Shown piece after piece: positions 1 to 9,100 of a stretch of 18,346 bases of DNA (its first letter is position 1; the number at the start of each line of letters is the position of its first letter). The stretch is from Chthonomonadales bacterium (GTDB lineage: Bacteria; Armatimonadota; Chthonomonadetes; Chthonomonadales; Chthonomonadaceae). The position numbers and the translations under genes were made by a program. The DNA is taken from assembly GCA_038217285.1 (NCBI GenBank), contig JBBQPO010000112.1:1-18346 (forward strand), written 5' to 3'. The notes under the pieces were generated by a model, which saw only the letters and a program-made list of their open reading frames with translations, did no database searches and was not told the DNA's origin.

Positions 1-140
1 ACCGAACTAAACCAGCTATCGGCGAGGACATAGCGAAAGGGGAGTTGGTTTTTGAGACAGCAGGCTACCATTTCCCGAAAGTAGTCATTCTTGGTCTTGG
101 GACAGACCCGTCTCTCTTTGCCCGTTTTCTTGTTGGTGGT
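1..140 (-). pseudogene. IS701-family (DDE) transposase fragment, 5'-truncated, running off the left window edge
   Basis: Not in the ORF track. Minus-strand translation from 140: TTNKKTGKERRVCPKTKNDYFREMVACCLKNQLPFRYVLADSWFSS, matching the IS701-type KTG..KN..FREM...NQLPFRYVLADSWF segment with a catalytic Asp. An in-frame TAG lies 12 codons upstream, so the N-terminus is missing. Confidence 0.75.
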
Positions 141-176
141 CGAATGGAGTAGCAGAATTGTACGGGGGGCTCGCTA

Positions 177-215
177 AAAATACGCCTGGTTGGATTCGAA
201 CCAACGGCTTTTTGC
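177..215 (-). repeat. att-like direct repeat: copy of the 3' half of tRNA-Arg(CCG)
   Basis: 177-215 matches 2140-2178 at 38/39 positions (177-210 is identical to 2140-2173). It covers the 3' anticodon-stem strand, T-arm, acceptor 3' strand and 4 flanking bases. Confidence 0.95.
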
Positions 216-435
216 GGGCGATATTTCACGACTCATGCCCTTTGCCTCCTGCCCTGGCCTACCACCACGCCTATCGTGAAAGAAGGAAGTCCGATACCGA
301 AGGTCGAATTGTCTCCCTGTCTCCTGAAACATCAGACCTTTTGCCAACCGATAGTCCTCCACTGGAACGCCGGATGGTTTTTGTTTATGATGAAATCCAG
401 CAAAAGACATTCTGCATTCGGAAGGGAGAATCCCC

Positions 436-1893
436 ATGTCATCTTATCTTCGGTCTGCCCGGTATCTTTCCGGAGCCTGTAGCCTAATAGGGTTGTTTGC
501 TGCCAACGCCGTTCATGCTCAGGTCGTGATTGGTCAGAATTTCTCGGGGAACGCCTTTTCGGAAGGGGTTGGCGTAACGCCACCCGATACCGACGGAGCG
601 GTCGGCTTGAGCCATTATGTCGAATTTACCAACGGGAAGTTCGCGATCTTCAACAAGAGTAATGGCTCCCTGGCAACCGCAAAAATTTCCGACACGACTT
701 TCTGGCAGAACGCCGGCCTTAGCATTACGACGGGTCTGAGTGATACGCGCATCCTGTTTGACCACGCCAGTCAGCGCTGGTTCGCTGTCGAAATCACGAC
801 AGCGGCCACCGGCAACTCCGTATTGGTCGCCCGCTCGAACACCTCCGATCCTACGGCGGGCTGGAAAGCTACTTCCTACGTTGCGAACTCCGGCTTTGGG
901 GACTATCCTACCGTGGGAGTCAATGCAGACGGCCTCTATGTCGCGACCAACAACTTCACCAGCAGCACGGGAACTTTCTCCGGTGTTTCCATTACTTCCA
1001 TCCCTAAATCGGACTTGCTTGCGGCGACACCGACCGCAACCAACAAGACGACTTTCGTGAACCCCAGCGCCTCTCTTGGGTTCACGCTTCAGGCGGCGAT
1101 CGATTACGGCGCTTCCAATGGGCACGCCTCGATCCTGGCGGCTGACGCCAATTTCTTCAGCAAAGTGGACCGAACCAACATCTTTAATGTGGCCGGGCCG
1201 GGAGCGGCTACGCTGGGATCCACTACCGTAATCAATGTGCAGACGACCAGCGATCCCAATCTGGGCCACCAGCCGGATGGTACGCGGCAACTGGATAACT
1301 CGGACAGTCGGTTTAGCGGGACCGTCTATAAGGTTGGCAATCTGCTCTATGGCGCTCACAGCATCAGTGACCCCGTCACCGGCTTCACGGACATCCGGTG
1401 GAGTGTCTTCAACGAGGCCACCAACGCCGTGGTTCAGGAGGGCACGATTGCGAGCCCGCACTTCGACTACTTCTACCCCTCCCTATCGGTCAACACGTTC
1501 GGAGAAGCCATTATCGGGTTCACGCGATCCGGCGATAACACCACGGGAGCGGCAGGCGATACAAGCACCTATGCCGTTGCTGGAACGACGTCCGGTGGGC
1601 TTCTCAACTTCGGGGCTCCCTTCGTACTCCATGCAGGCACGGTGAACAACTATCATCTGCTTGGCGGTGATGGCGAGCGCTGGGGCGACTACAGTGCGAC
1701 CAGCCTGGACCCGACCGATCCCCATTCATTCTGGACAGTACAGGAGTTCGCCGAGGCCTCCAACTCCTGGTCCACCCGAGTCACGCAACTCACCTTCACC
1801 GCCACACCCGAGCCCGGCACCTGGGCCATGTTCATCGGCATGACCGTTTCCGGGAGTCTCTTCCTGAAACGCCGAAAGCGCATCATTCGCTGA
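436..1893 (+). CDS. Secreted PEP-CTERM (exosortase-sorted) surface protein, 485 aa
   Basis: Signal peptide (..ANAVHA|QVV). Ser/Thr/Gly-rich beta-type body with PPDTDGAVG..HYV and RWGDYS motifs. C-terminal TPEPGTW + hydrophobic helix + KRRKR. GGGAG RBS upstream. Confidence 0.92.
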   Translation: MSSYLRSARYLSGACSLIGLFAANAVHAQVVIGQNFSGNAFSEGVGVTPPDTDGAVGLSHYVEFTNGKFAIFNKSNGSLATAKISDTTFWQNAGLSITTGLSDTRILFDHASQRWFAVEITTAATGNSVLVARSNTSDPTAGWKATSYVANSGFGDYPTVGVNADGLYVATNNFTSSTGTFSGVSITSIPKSDLLAATPTATNKTTFVNPSASLGFTLQAAIDYGASNGHASILAADANFFSKVDRTNIFNVAGPGAATLGSTTVINVQTTSDPNLGHQPDGTRQLDNSDSRFSGTVYKVGNLLYGAHSISDPVTGFTDIRWSVFNEATNAVVQEGTIASPHFDYFYPSLSVNTFGEAIIGFTRSGDNTTGAAGDTSTYAVAGTTSGGLLNFGAPFVLHAGTVNNYHLLGGDGERWGDYSATSLDPTDPHSFWTVQEFAEASNSWSTRVTQLTFTATPEPGTWAMFIGMTVSGSLFLKRRKRIIR

Positions 1894-1956
1894 CATCCCT
1901 GTATACATCTGTGCCACTATGGAGTCACTACGGCCTACGCTGGAGACTACGAAAGC

Positions 1957-1994
1957 AAAAGACGGAGAGGCAATTGAATGCCTCTCCGTCTTTT
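1957..1994 (+). terminator. Intrinsic terminator, probably bidirectional
   Basis: Perfect 16-bp inverted repeat AAAAGACGGAGAGGCA-attgaa-TGCCTCTCCGTCTTTT between the convergent PEP-CTERM gene and tRNA. A second hairpin GGAAAAGG/CCTTTTCC lies at 2001-2023. Confidence 0.8.
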
Positions 1995-2143
1995 CTATGT
2001 GGAAAAGGCTGCACACCTTTTCCGGTTTTCGGTCTATACTGCGAGTGGTCAATCGGGAGGAGGCGAACGGTGCAAGGTTCGGCTTTGACCCTGTCGGTCA
2101 AGAGTTAGAGAAGTCTACTCATACCGGGGACGCATCCCCAAAA

Positions 2144-2216
2144 TACGCCTGGTTGGATTCGAACCAACGGCTTCTTGCTCCGGAGGCAAGCACTCTATCC
2201 ACTGAGCTACAGGCGC
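2144..2216 (-). tRNA. tRNA-Arg(CCG), CCA not encoded
   Basis: GCGCCTG-TAGCTCAGTGGATAGAG-TG-CTTGC-CTCCGGA-GCAAG-AAGCC-GTTGG-TTCGAAT-CCAAC-CAGGCGT-A: complete cloverleaf, anticodon CCG, 73 nt. Confidence 0.97.
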
Positions 2217-2230
2217 GGATTGCTGCTGAT

Positions 2231-2259
2231 AATATAACAGACTATCCGCGTCCTGTCAA
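2231..2259 (-). promoter_or_regulatory. Sigma70-type promoter of tRNA-Arg
   Basis: On the minus strand, TTGACA (2259-2254), a 17-nt spacer, then TATATT (2236-2231) with an extended -10 TG. Confidence 0.85.
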
Positions 2260-2283
2260 GACATCTCCGTGATTTCGGCTGCT

Positions 2284-4689
2284 TTAGCGTGGGGCGACCG
2301 GAGGGGCTGCGGCGGCGGGAACGATCGTTGTTCCGGGCAGAACCGGCGAGGCGCTCGTCGTGACAGCGCCCTTCGTGGCCTTGCCCTTGCGGCCTCGGGA
2401 GGAGCCGGGGGGAGGCGTACCGGCGCGCACCACATAGAGTGCAACGTCGCGAACGATGGGCGGAGTCGCCAGAGCGACCGCCTCCTTCGCACTGGTGACG
2501 CTTAGATCCGTCGCATCCAGCGATTTGCCCGCGTAGGTGTCCCACCACGTCGCGCGATACTTGCCCGCTTGCAGGCCAGTCAGTTGCAACTGACCGCTGA
2601 TCCCCGTCGTCTCTTTCGTCTGTGCCAGGGGGGTATCGACCGTGGCGCGGTTGTAGACCCAGACCGCCGCGTAGTCCTTCCCTACCCGCCCCTGCGCTCC
2701 CAGCGCCGACACGTAGTTGGAAAGCGCAAACTGCTGTACGACGAACCAGTCTTTGCCCGTGTTCTCCACGGTGATCGTATGCGCGCCCGCAGGCACCTCT
2801 ACCGTCAGTGTCGCCTCCGCCGCCTTCGGGCTATAGTCGGTGGCAGCAGTCGGGAAGTCGCGCTCCGACGCCTTGCCATCGACGCTCAACTTCACATGCG
2901 CCCCGGCTTTCGCCACCTGCGCGACCGAAACCGCGAAGGTGCCCGGCTGCGCGTAGCTGACCTGCAGCGTCAGGGGTTTGGGCATCATGTCGGCATGGGT
3001 CTTGCCCTGAATAAAGGTCGGAAAGCGATCCATCCCGGCCGGTACGCCGCTCGCGCCCACCACGAACTCGTTCTGCGTCGCGCTGCCGAAGCCGCCGCCC
3101 GGCGCGAAGCGGAGCGCGGCCCGCTGCGTGGTTTCCACAACCGGATTCACTGTTGTCAGCCCGCCCTTGTTGGCGAAACCGGAGGCGGTCAGAAAGCCCG
3201 ACATCGCCAGATAGTGGCTGTAGAGATCCTGTTTCTCGACCGTGTCCCAGTCCCAGTACTCCGGCACCCCGGCGTGGCCACTCATCAGCCCCGCCCAGAT
3301 CCCGAGATGCAGGCCCGCGCCGTCGTCCTTCAACTCTTTCGGCCCGAACTCGCCGACGAAGCCCGGCCTGTCGGTCTTCTTTTTGCCGGTGGTCGTCTCC
3401 GGGGTCGCAAGGGTCGTCAGCAGATCGGTCGGGTAGGTGTGCGTCTGCGTGTAGTCTACCGTCTCCCATATCGGGCTGTCGGCGGCGATGGAGGGCGCGG
3501 AGCTGGTGGTCAGCAGATGGCGGTTGCCGTCGAACTGGCGCAGAAACAGCGCCATCTCGCGGTGCCAGAGCGCGATGTCGTCCCAGAGCTTGCCCTGCGC
3601 CGCATCGGTGAACTCGACCTCATTAAATAGCTCGTAGGCCAGAATATTCGGCGAGTAGCCCCAGCGCGCCGCGATATAGTAGAGCTTGCGCTTGGTCAGC
3701 AGACGTGCCTGGGGATCGGTAAAGAAATCTTCGGGGTTCTTCAGGAAACCGCCGTTCTTGACGTTGTACGGGTTCTGTTCCCAGTTGGGGTTGACGTTGT
3801 GGGAGTACTTATAGCCGCTCGCGCTGGAGTACTGCCCGTGATGCTGCAGCACCCACTGGAAATAGATGTCGTTCTTCTCCGCGCCCTCCACGATGCCGTC
3901 CCACTTCTTGGCGACGCCCAGATCTATGGTGATGGCGGCCTTGTCCGCTTTGGCGGTCTCGGGCCAGTCGAGGTTTTTGCCGTCGAAATGCGTCATCCAG
4001 ACACGGGACCAGTTCTCTCCGGCAGCGTGCATCTTGCCGAACAACTCGGGGATCTCGGGCAGCCCTTTGTTGTGCCACGCCTGATTGTGCCCGAGGGGCA
4101 GATACCGCTCACCGGTGTCGAAGACGAAGCGGTTGTGGTCGCCGGGATCGAGGCGGACGAAGCCGGGCTTGGGACTGCCGTTGACCGTCCACTCTTTCTT
4201 CTCCAGCTTCTCCTCATGCGCTGTCTCGCGATTCAGCTTTACATCGACCAGCGCATAAGCGCCTGGCCGCGTCGGAGTGAAGCGCATGCGCCAGGTCTTG
4301 CCGCCGTCGAAGAAAGCCGGAACCTGCACGGTGCCGCCGTCCGGTTTGCGCAGGGTGACCTGAACATTGACTTTCTCATAGTCGAACGGATCGCCGGGCA
4401 GACTCGCCAGCTCGAACGACGTTTCCAGCCGGGGATACGCACCGCGCTCCAGTGCACTGACGGGGCTGCCGTTGGCACCCTGCCCTCCGTTCCCGTAACG
4501 TCCCGCCAGAGAGCCGTTATAACTGCTGCCGATGTCGCCCCCCAGGCTGCGCGTCAGGCCGCTGCCATAGTCCTGCGCCCCGCCGCCACATCCGGCCAGC
4601 ATCGCTATCGGCGCTACGACCGACGCACAAGCCAACCGTCCGAAAATTTTCTTCCTCAACTCCGACCTCCCTGCACAAATCACGCGCAC
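2284..4689 (-). CDS. Lipoprotein with DUF5060-type N-terminal domain, GH5-like (clan GH-A) TIM barrel and C-terminal beta-sandwich; putative glycoside hydrolase
   Basis: Lipobox MLAGC. DUF5060-like PFD..V.V....PDG....VPAFFDGGKTWRMRFTP. YIAARWGYSPNILAYELFNEV (acid/base Glu) and VGEFG (nucleophile Glu). Strong GC3 bias in this frame. Confidence 0.8.
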   Translation of the reverse strand: MRVICAGRSELRKKIFGRLACASVVAPIAMLAGCGGGAQDYGSGLTRSLGGDIGSSYNGSLAGRYGNGGQGANGSPVSALERGAYPRLETSFELASLPGDPFDYEKVNVQVTLRKPDGGTVQVPAFFDGGKTWRMRFTPTRPGAYALVDVKLNRETAHEEKLEKKEWTVNGSPKPGFVRLDPGDHNRFVFDTGERYLPLGHNQAWHNKGLPEIPELFGKMHAAGENWSRVWMTHFDGKNLDWPETAKADKAAITIDLGVAKKWDGIVEGAEKNDIYFQWVLQHHGQYSSASGYKYSHNVNPNWEQNPYNVKNGGFLKNPEDFFTDPQARLLTKRKLYYIAARWGYSPNILAYELFNEVEFTDAAQGKLWDDIALWHREMALFLRQFDGNRHLLTTSSAPSIAADSPIWETVDYTQTHTYPTDLLTTLATPETTTGKKKTDRPGFVGEFGPKELKDDGAGLHLGIWAGLMSGHAGVPEYWDWDTVEKQDLYSHYLAMSGFLTASGFANKGGLTTVNPVVETTQRAALRFAPGGGFGSATQNEFVVGASGVPAGMDRFPTFIQGKTHADMMPKPLTLQVSYAQPGTFAVSVAQVAKAGAHVKLSVDGKASERDFPTAATDYSPKAAEATLTVEVPAGAHTITVENTGKDWFVVQQFALSNYVSALGAQGRVGKDYAAVWVYNRATVDTPLAQTKETTGISGQLQLTGLQAGKYRATWWDTYAGKSLDATDLSVTSAKEAVALATPPIVRDVALYVVRAGTPPPGSSRGRKGKATKGAVTTSASPVLPGTTIVPAAAAPPVAPR

Positions 4690-4788
4690 TAAATCCTTCT
4701 CGTCCCTCTTGTTTCGGCACGACCGTGCGGAATCCCTTTTGGTCGCTGGCCTATGCCGCAGCAGAGAGCCGCCATACCTCGCCCCATT

Positions 4789-5133
4789 TCACAGCGGCAT
4801 TCTCCATTTACAGACGCATTCCGCGCTTACAACGTTCCGGTGGACGGTCTGTAGCGCGCCTGCCTGCTCCAGCATCGGCAGAATCAGAGCGAGCACAGGC
4901 GAAATGATCTCCTCCGCCGACGAACGTCCAGGCGTGGAGAATCACTGTTTCACGGCACCGCAGATGGCCCCGCTTGCTGCAGCGGCGATCACCTCCGGCG
5001 GCAGCGCTGAACCGGTAAGCGTTGGCAGGCCCTGCATCAGGATGCGCTGAATGGCGGTCGCCATTGCAGCGTCCATAAGAGGCTGAAACGGGTTTTGACG
5101 TTCGCGGGCGTCTTCGCGGCCCGTGTGCAGACT
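4789..5133 (-). pseudogene. Remnant of a TetR/AcrR-family regulator C-terminal domain
   Basis: Frame not in the ORF track: SLHTGREDARERQNPFQPLMDAAMATAIQRILMQGLP...PPEVIAAAASGAICGAVKQ*FSTPGRSSAEEIISPVLALILPML. In-frame TGA at 4944-4942 where this family usually has Trp. The HTH N-terminus is absent. Confidence 0.55.
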
Positions 5134-5173
5134 CTGGAGGGAACGGAACTGTCCTGAAAACGGGCAACGCCGC

Positions 5174-6077
5174 CTAACGCCGTGCTCCGTGCTGCTCCAG
5201 CAGGTGAATAACGGCGCGATTACGCGTCGCCCGCGCGAGGGCTAAGGGGGTTCGGCCTTGCGCGTCACGTACGTTCGCATTCGCGCCTCGGGCGAGCAAC
5301 AGCCGCAGCATAGTCAGATCGGGCGCGTCCGTATTCAGCGGATCTGTTTCCAGAGCGACCAGCAGCGGCGGCTCACCGACAGAAGGATTGACATGGGCGC
5401 CCTTCGCCAACATCGCCTCCACCATCGGAATGTCATTGCGGTGGACGGCGGCGGCGAAAGGCGTCCATTTTCCGACACTATCGGCGTGATTGGGATCGGC
5501 AAGCCGGGCGAGAAGATCGGCGACAATCTCCTGTTCATTCCTCAGCGCCGCATGCCAGAGCGCCGTCTCTCCCTGTTCGTCGCCATCTTCCAGCGGAGCC
5601 CCCCCGTGCCAGCAGCGCCCGTACGCTCACCGTGTCGTCCTGTTCCACGGCTAGCGTCAAGGCGGAGGCCTCCCGATTCTGGCCCTCCGTACTGTTGGAC
5701 ATGCGGTCGAACAGGTTGGTCAGGCGCTGCCACAAAGAGAGGCTGACATAGTGACTCTCCCGGGCGTTTGAGTCGGCTCCCTGCTCCAGGAGGGCGGTCA
5801 CGGCGGCACTCTTCTTCTGCCGGATTGCAGTCAGGAGGGCGTTACCGAGTCGTTCCTGGCGAAGCGCCAGGTAGACGGGCCAGAACAAGACGGCGGCGAT
5901 CCCTAGAACCGCTGCCATGAAAGAAGCAGTTCGCCGCCCCCCTCTCCTTCTTCCAACGCTTTCCATCCTCGTTGGTTGGAGGATCCCCTCTCCCTCTTGC
6001 GCGTCGTTTCTCCGGCTTGCCTGTTCCATCGACTTCCTGTTCCTCCGACGTCCGTCGTCGTTTCGCTGCTGCTTCAT
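5174..6077 (-). pseudogene. N-terminal TM-anchored ankyrin-repeat protein, split by a +1 frameshift in a G7 run
   Basis: ORFs 6077-5535 and 5425-5174 join if one G is removed from G7 (C7 at 5599-5605), giving LLARGAPLEDGDEQGETALWHAALRNEQEIVADLLARLADPNHADSVGKWTPFAAAVHRNDIPMVEAMLAKGAHVN, i.e. continuous ankyrin repeats (~300 aa). Confidence 0.85.
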
Positions 6078-6149
6078 TCCGCCCTCATTCGCCAGACTCC
6101 TTTCTAGCGTACCCTGCGCAGGCAGAATGGAACGAGAAAGCAGGTACTA

Positions 6150-6170
6150 TGCTATAATCGGCTATAGGAG
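6150..6170 (+). promoter_or_regulatory. Extended -10 promoter and RBS for the WD40/FG-GAP gene
   Basis: TG-C-TATAAT at 6150-6158, AGGAG at 6166-6170 and ATG at 6181. Confidence 0.65.
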
Positions 6171-6180
6171 TATACAAGTC

Positions 6181-9100
6181 ATGGTGCATTCTTTTTTTTA
6201 TGCCCCGCTGCCCGCTGCAAGGCGCGCACTGGGGAGACTGATCGGTCTCCTCACTCTCGTCCTTCTCTTATCCTTCCTGGGCACGCAACCCGTCAAGGCA
6301 CAGAATCGTCCCGATATAAAGTGGATGCACGGCATTCATTTCCTTACCGTTCAGGCCGTTCTTTCTCCGGACACAACTACTCTTGTCACGGTGGGCCTGG
6401 ATAACACGATCAAGATCCGACGCACCAGCGACGGTATCCTCCTACGCACGATCGATAACAAAGGACCCTACTCCCAGGTGAGTGCATTGGCTATGTCACC
6501 GGATGGAACGAAAATCGTGGTCGGGTCCATGACCTCCCTCACCGATAACAGCCTCTCCAACCGTATCTATCGGATCTCCGATGGGGCTCTGCTTCTCTCC
6601 TGGGCTGTTTCGAATCACACGGATGCGCTGGCCTGGTCACCGGATGGCACCAAAATCGCTGAAAGTATCCTCGGCTCGAATGACATTCACCTTCGAAGCG
6701 CAACGGACGGCAGTATTCTCACGACTCTCACCGGACACACGAGTTCTGTCGGCCCGCTCGCTTTCTCACCGGACGGCGCGCGTCTTGTCTCAGGCAGCAA
6801 TGATTTTACCGTGCGTCTCTGGAATACGGCCGATGGCACCCTGCTGCATACCTTTATCGGCGCCACCAACTTTATCGACAGCGTCGCCTTCTCGCCCGAC
6901 AACCATACCCTGGCCTCCACCAGCGATGATGGGATTCTTCGTCTCTGGGACGCCAACAGTGGTCTGTTGCTGCACTCGATCCCCCACTCGGCCTCCCGCT
7001 TGACCGATGACCTGGCGTTCTCTCCGGATGGCAGCGTCCTCGCGACAGGAGTCTCGCAGGTACAGACCTGGAATGTTGCCACCGGCGCGCTACTGCATAG
7101 CGCCACACTGGGACCTGTCCCAACAGCGGCAATAGCCGTAAGTTACACACCGAATGGAACCTATCTGATGGCGGTCGGTCAGGACCCCGCTGTCACCTTC
7201 TATAATAGCGCCGATCTCTCTATAGCCCGATCGCTGACTTTGGAACTAAACGGCCTTGTCGGCGTTACGCCTGACAGCGCGCATGTCGTCAGCGTCGGAT
7301 TTGACCGCACTATCTGGAATACCGGCACGGGCGCGCTCGAATCGTTGGCACCCAGTTTTGGCCGGCTTGGAACCATGGCACTCTCCCCGGATGGCACCAC
7401 TATCGCCGCTACCGACGACCTTAACACACTGCGTGTCGTGCGCCTATCGGATGGGGTCCTCCAGGTGAAGGTACAGATAGGCTTTGCGCCGTATGCCGTA
7501 GCCTGGTCTCGTGATGGCAAGGAACTCTTCCACTGCGACTCGCAAGGCGCTATTACTATTCGCAAGGCTTCCGACGGTTCCAAAATCGGCACACTTACCG
7601 GCAGCCCAGGCGAAGTCCGTGCTCTGGCGGTTTCGCCGGATGGCAAACTGCTGGCCGGGGCCGGGGTCGGGGTCGGGGCCTCCAACGTCTACCTCTGGCG
7701 TCTTGCCGACTCCAGCCTCCTTTCCACATTCACCGGTCATACCGATGTCGTAAACTCTCTAGCCTTCTCTCCGGACAGCGCCAAGTTGCTTTCGGGCAGC
7801 GCAGACGGTACGGCCATCCTCTGGAACGTCGCAGACGGCACGAAACTCCGGATCCTCCCCAATGGCAGTTATGTCGGCAATGTCGCCTTCGCTCCGGACG
7901 GACAGTCCTTTGCCACCGCTGCCTTCTCCCCCCTCGCCCCCCTCTTTCCCCTCTCCCCGATTTTCTGGCACCTCTATTTCTGGCGAGTATCGGATGGCGG
8001 CTTGTTCGGTGACTTCATCAACGAAACACAGAACATCACCTCGCTGACCTACACACCTGACAACGCCAATATCGTCTACACTCGCCTCGATGCAACCGTC
8101 GTGTTGGCCGCCAACCCGGCCCTCAATCCTTTCCAGGCCAACCTGGTGTTCAATCCCGCGACCGTCGTCGGAGGAGTGCCTGCGACCGCAACCCTCACAC
8201 TGGCCCAACCCGCCCCGGCAGGAGGAGTCGCCTTCACCCTCGGCGGCGGCATCTCCGGCGTGACCCTCTTCCCCAACAGCGTGACCATCGCGGAAGGCGC
8301 GACCTCCGCGACCTTCACGGTCACTACCACGCCCGTCCTCGTCAACACCAGGGTCCCCATCACTGCCACCAACAGCGGCTATACCGTGAACGCCACGCTC
8401 AACATCCTGGCGCATCTGCCCGCAGATTTCACCAACTCCGGGCATAACGCCCTGATCTTCCAGAGCCAGACCAACAACACCGTCGCTCTCTGGTTCACCA
8501 ACGTCCTCAACATCATCGGCGGAAGCACCCTCAGATCTGTCCCCCAACCGGGCTGGAAGGTAGTCGGAGCGGGGGACTTCAACCGTGACACCAACTCCGA
8601 TCTGGTGTTTCAAAACCAGACAACCGGCCAGGTGGTGATCTGGTACATGATGGGCACGACCTACATCGGCGGGGAGGCGCTCTCCTTCCCGCCGGGCGCA
8701 GGCTACAAGGTGGTGGGCATCGGCGACTTCAATGGCGACGGCAAGCCGGACATTCTGTTTCAGCAGCAGGGCACGGGGCAGCTCGTGATCTGGTTTATGG
8801 ACGGCGCGACGGTAACGGGCGGAGTGTCGATCCCGCAGATCCCGCCTGCCAGCTACAAGGTCGTCGGCGTCGGAGATCTCGAGGGCGATGGCAATGTGGA
8901 CATCGTTTTCCAGGATCAGACCAACAACCAGGTGGTCGCCTGGCGCATGAGAGGCACGCAGTTTCAATACATCAACGGCGTTGTCTATTTGCCCCCGACG
9001 GCCTGGAAGGTGCAGGCGGTCATCGACATCAATGGAGACGGTAAGGCGGACATCGTCTTCCAGAACCAGACGACGAACCAAATGGACGTGTGGTATCTCA

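Larger units (their letters stand above)
177..2178. mobile_element. Small tRNA-Arg-integrated genomic islet (~1.96 kb between att copies), no integrase
   Basis: Bounded by the intact tRNA and a downstream duplicate of its 3' end, the classic integrative-element signature. Cargo is a single PEP-CTERM gene. Confidence 0.7.

Noticed and set aside
3-152. Plus-strand frame with GEDIAKGELV, superficially MoeA-like
   Set aside because: It terminates prematurely, and the opposite strand gives a longer, better transposase motif match.
363-377. TGGAACG-N4-ATGG as a sigma54 promoter for the PEP-CTERM gene
   Set aside because: It lacks the invariant -12 GC.
2569-4692. Long plus-strand ORFs (353 and 297 aa), and similar antisense ORFs at 484-1461, 7759-9081, 10772-11691, 16117-17088 and 17154-18155
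   Set aside because: These are shadow ORFs opposite well-supported genes, as expected from high GC3.
4942-4944. TGA at a Trp position as evidence of recoding (genetic code 4/25 or selenocysteine)
   Set aside because: Several intact genes here end in TGA and use TGG for Trp, and this gene is also truncated, so a nonsense mutation is simpler.
4808-5167. 119-aa ORF from the ORF track
   Set aside because: No recognisable features. Another frame on the same strand carries the TetR-like remnant.
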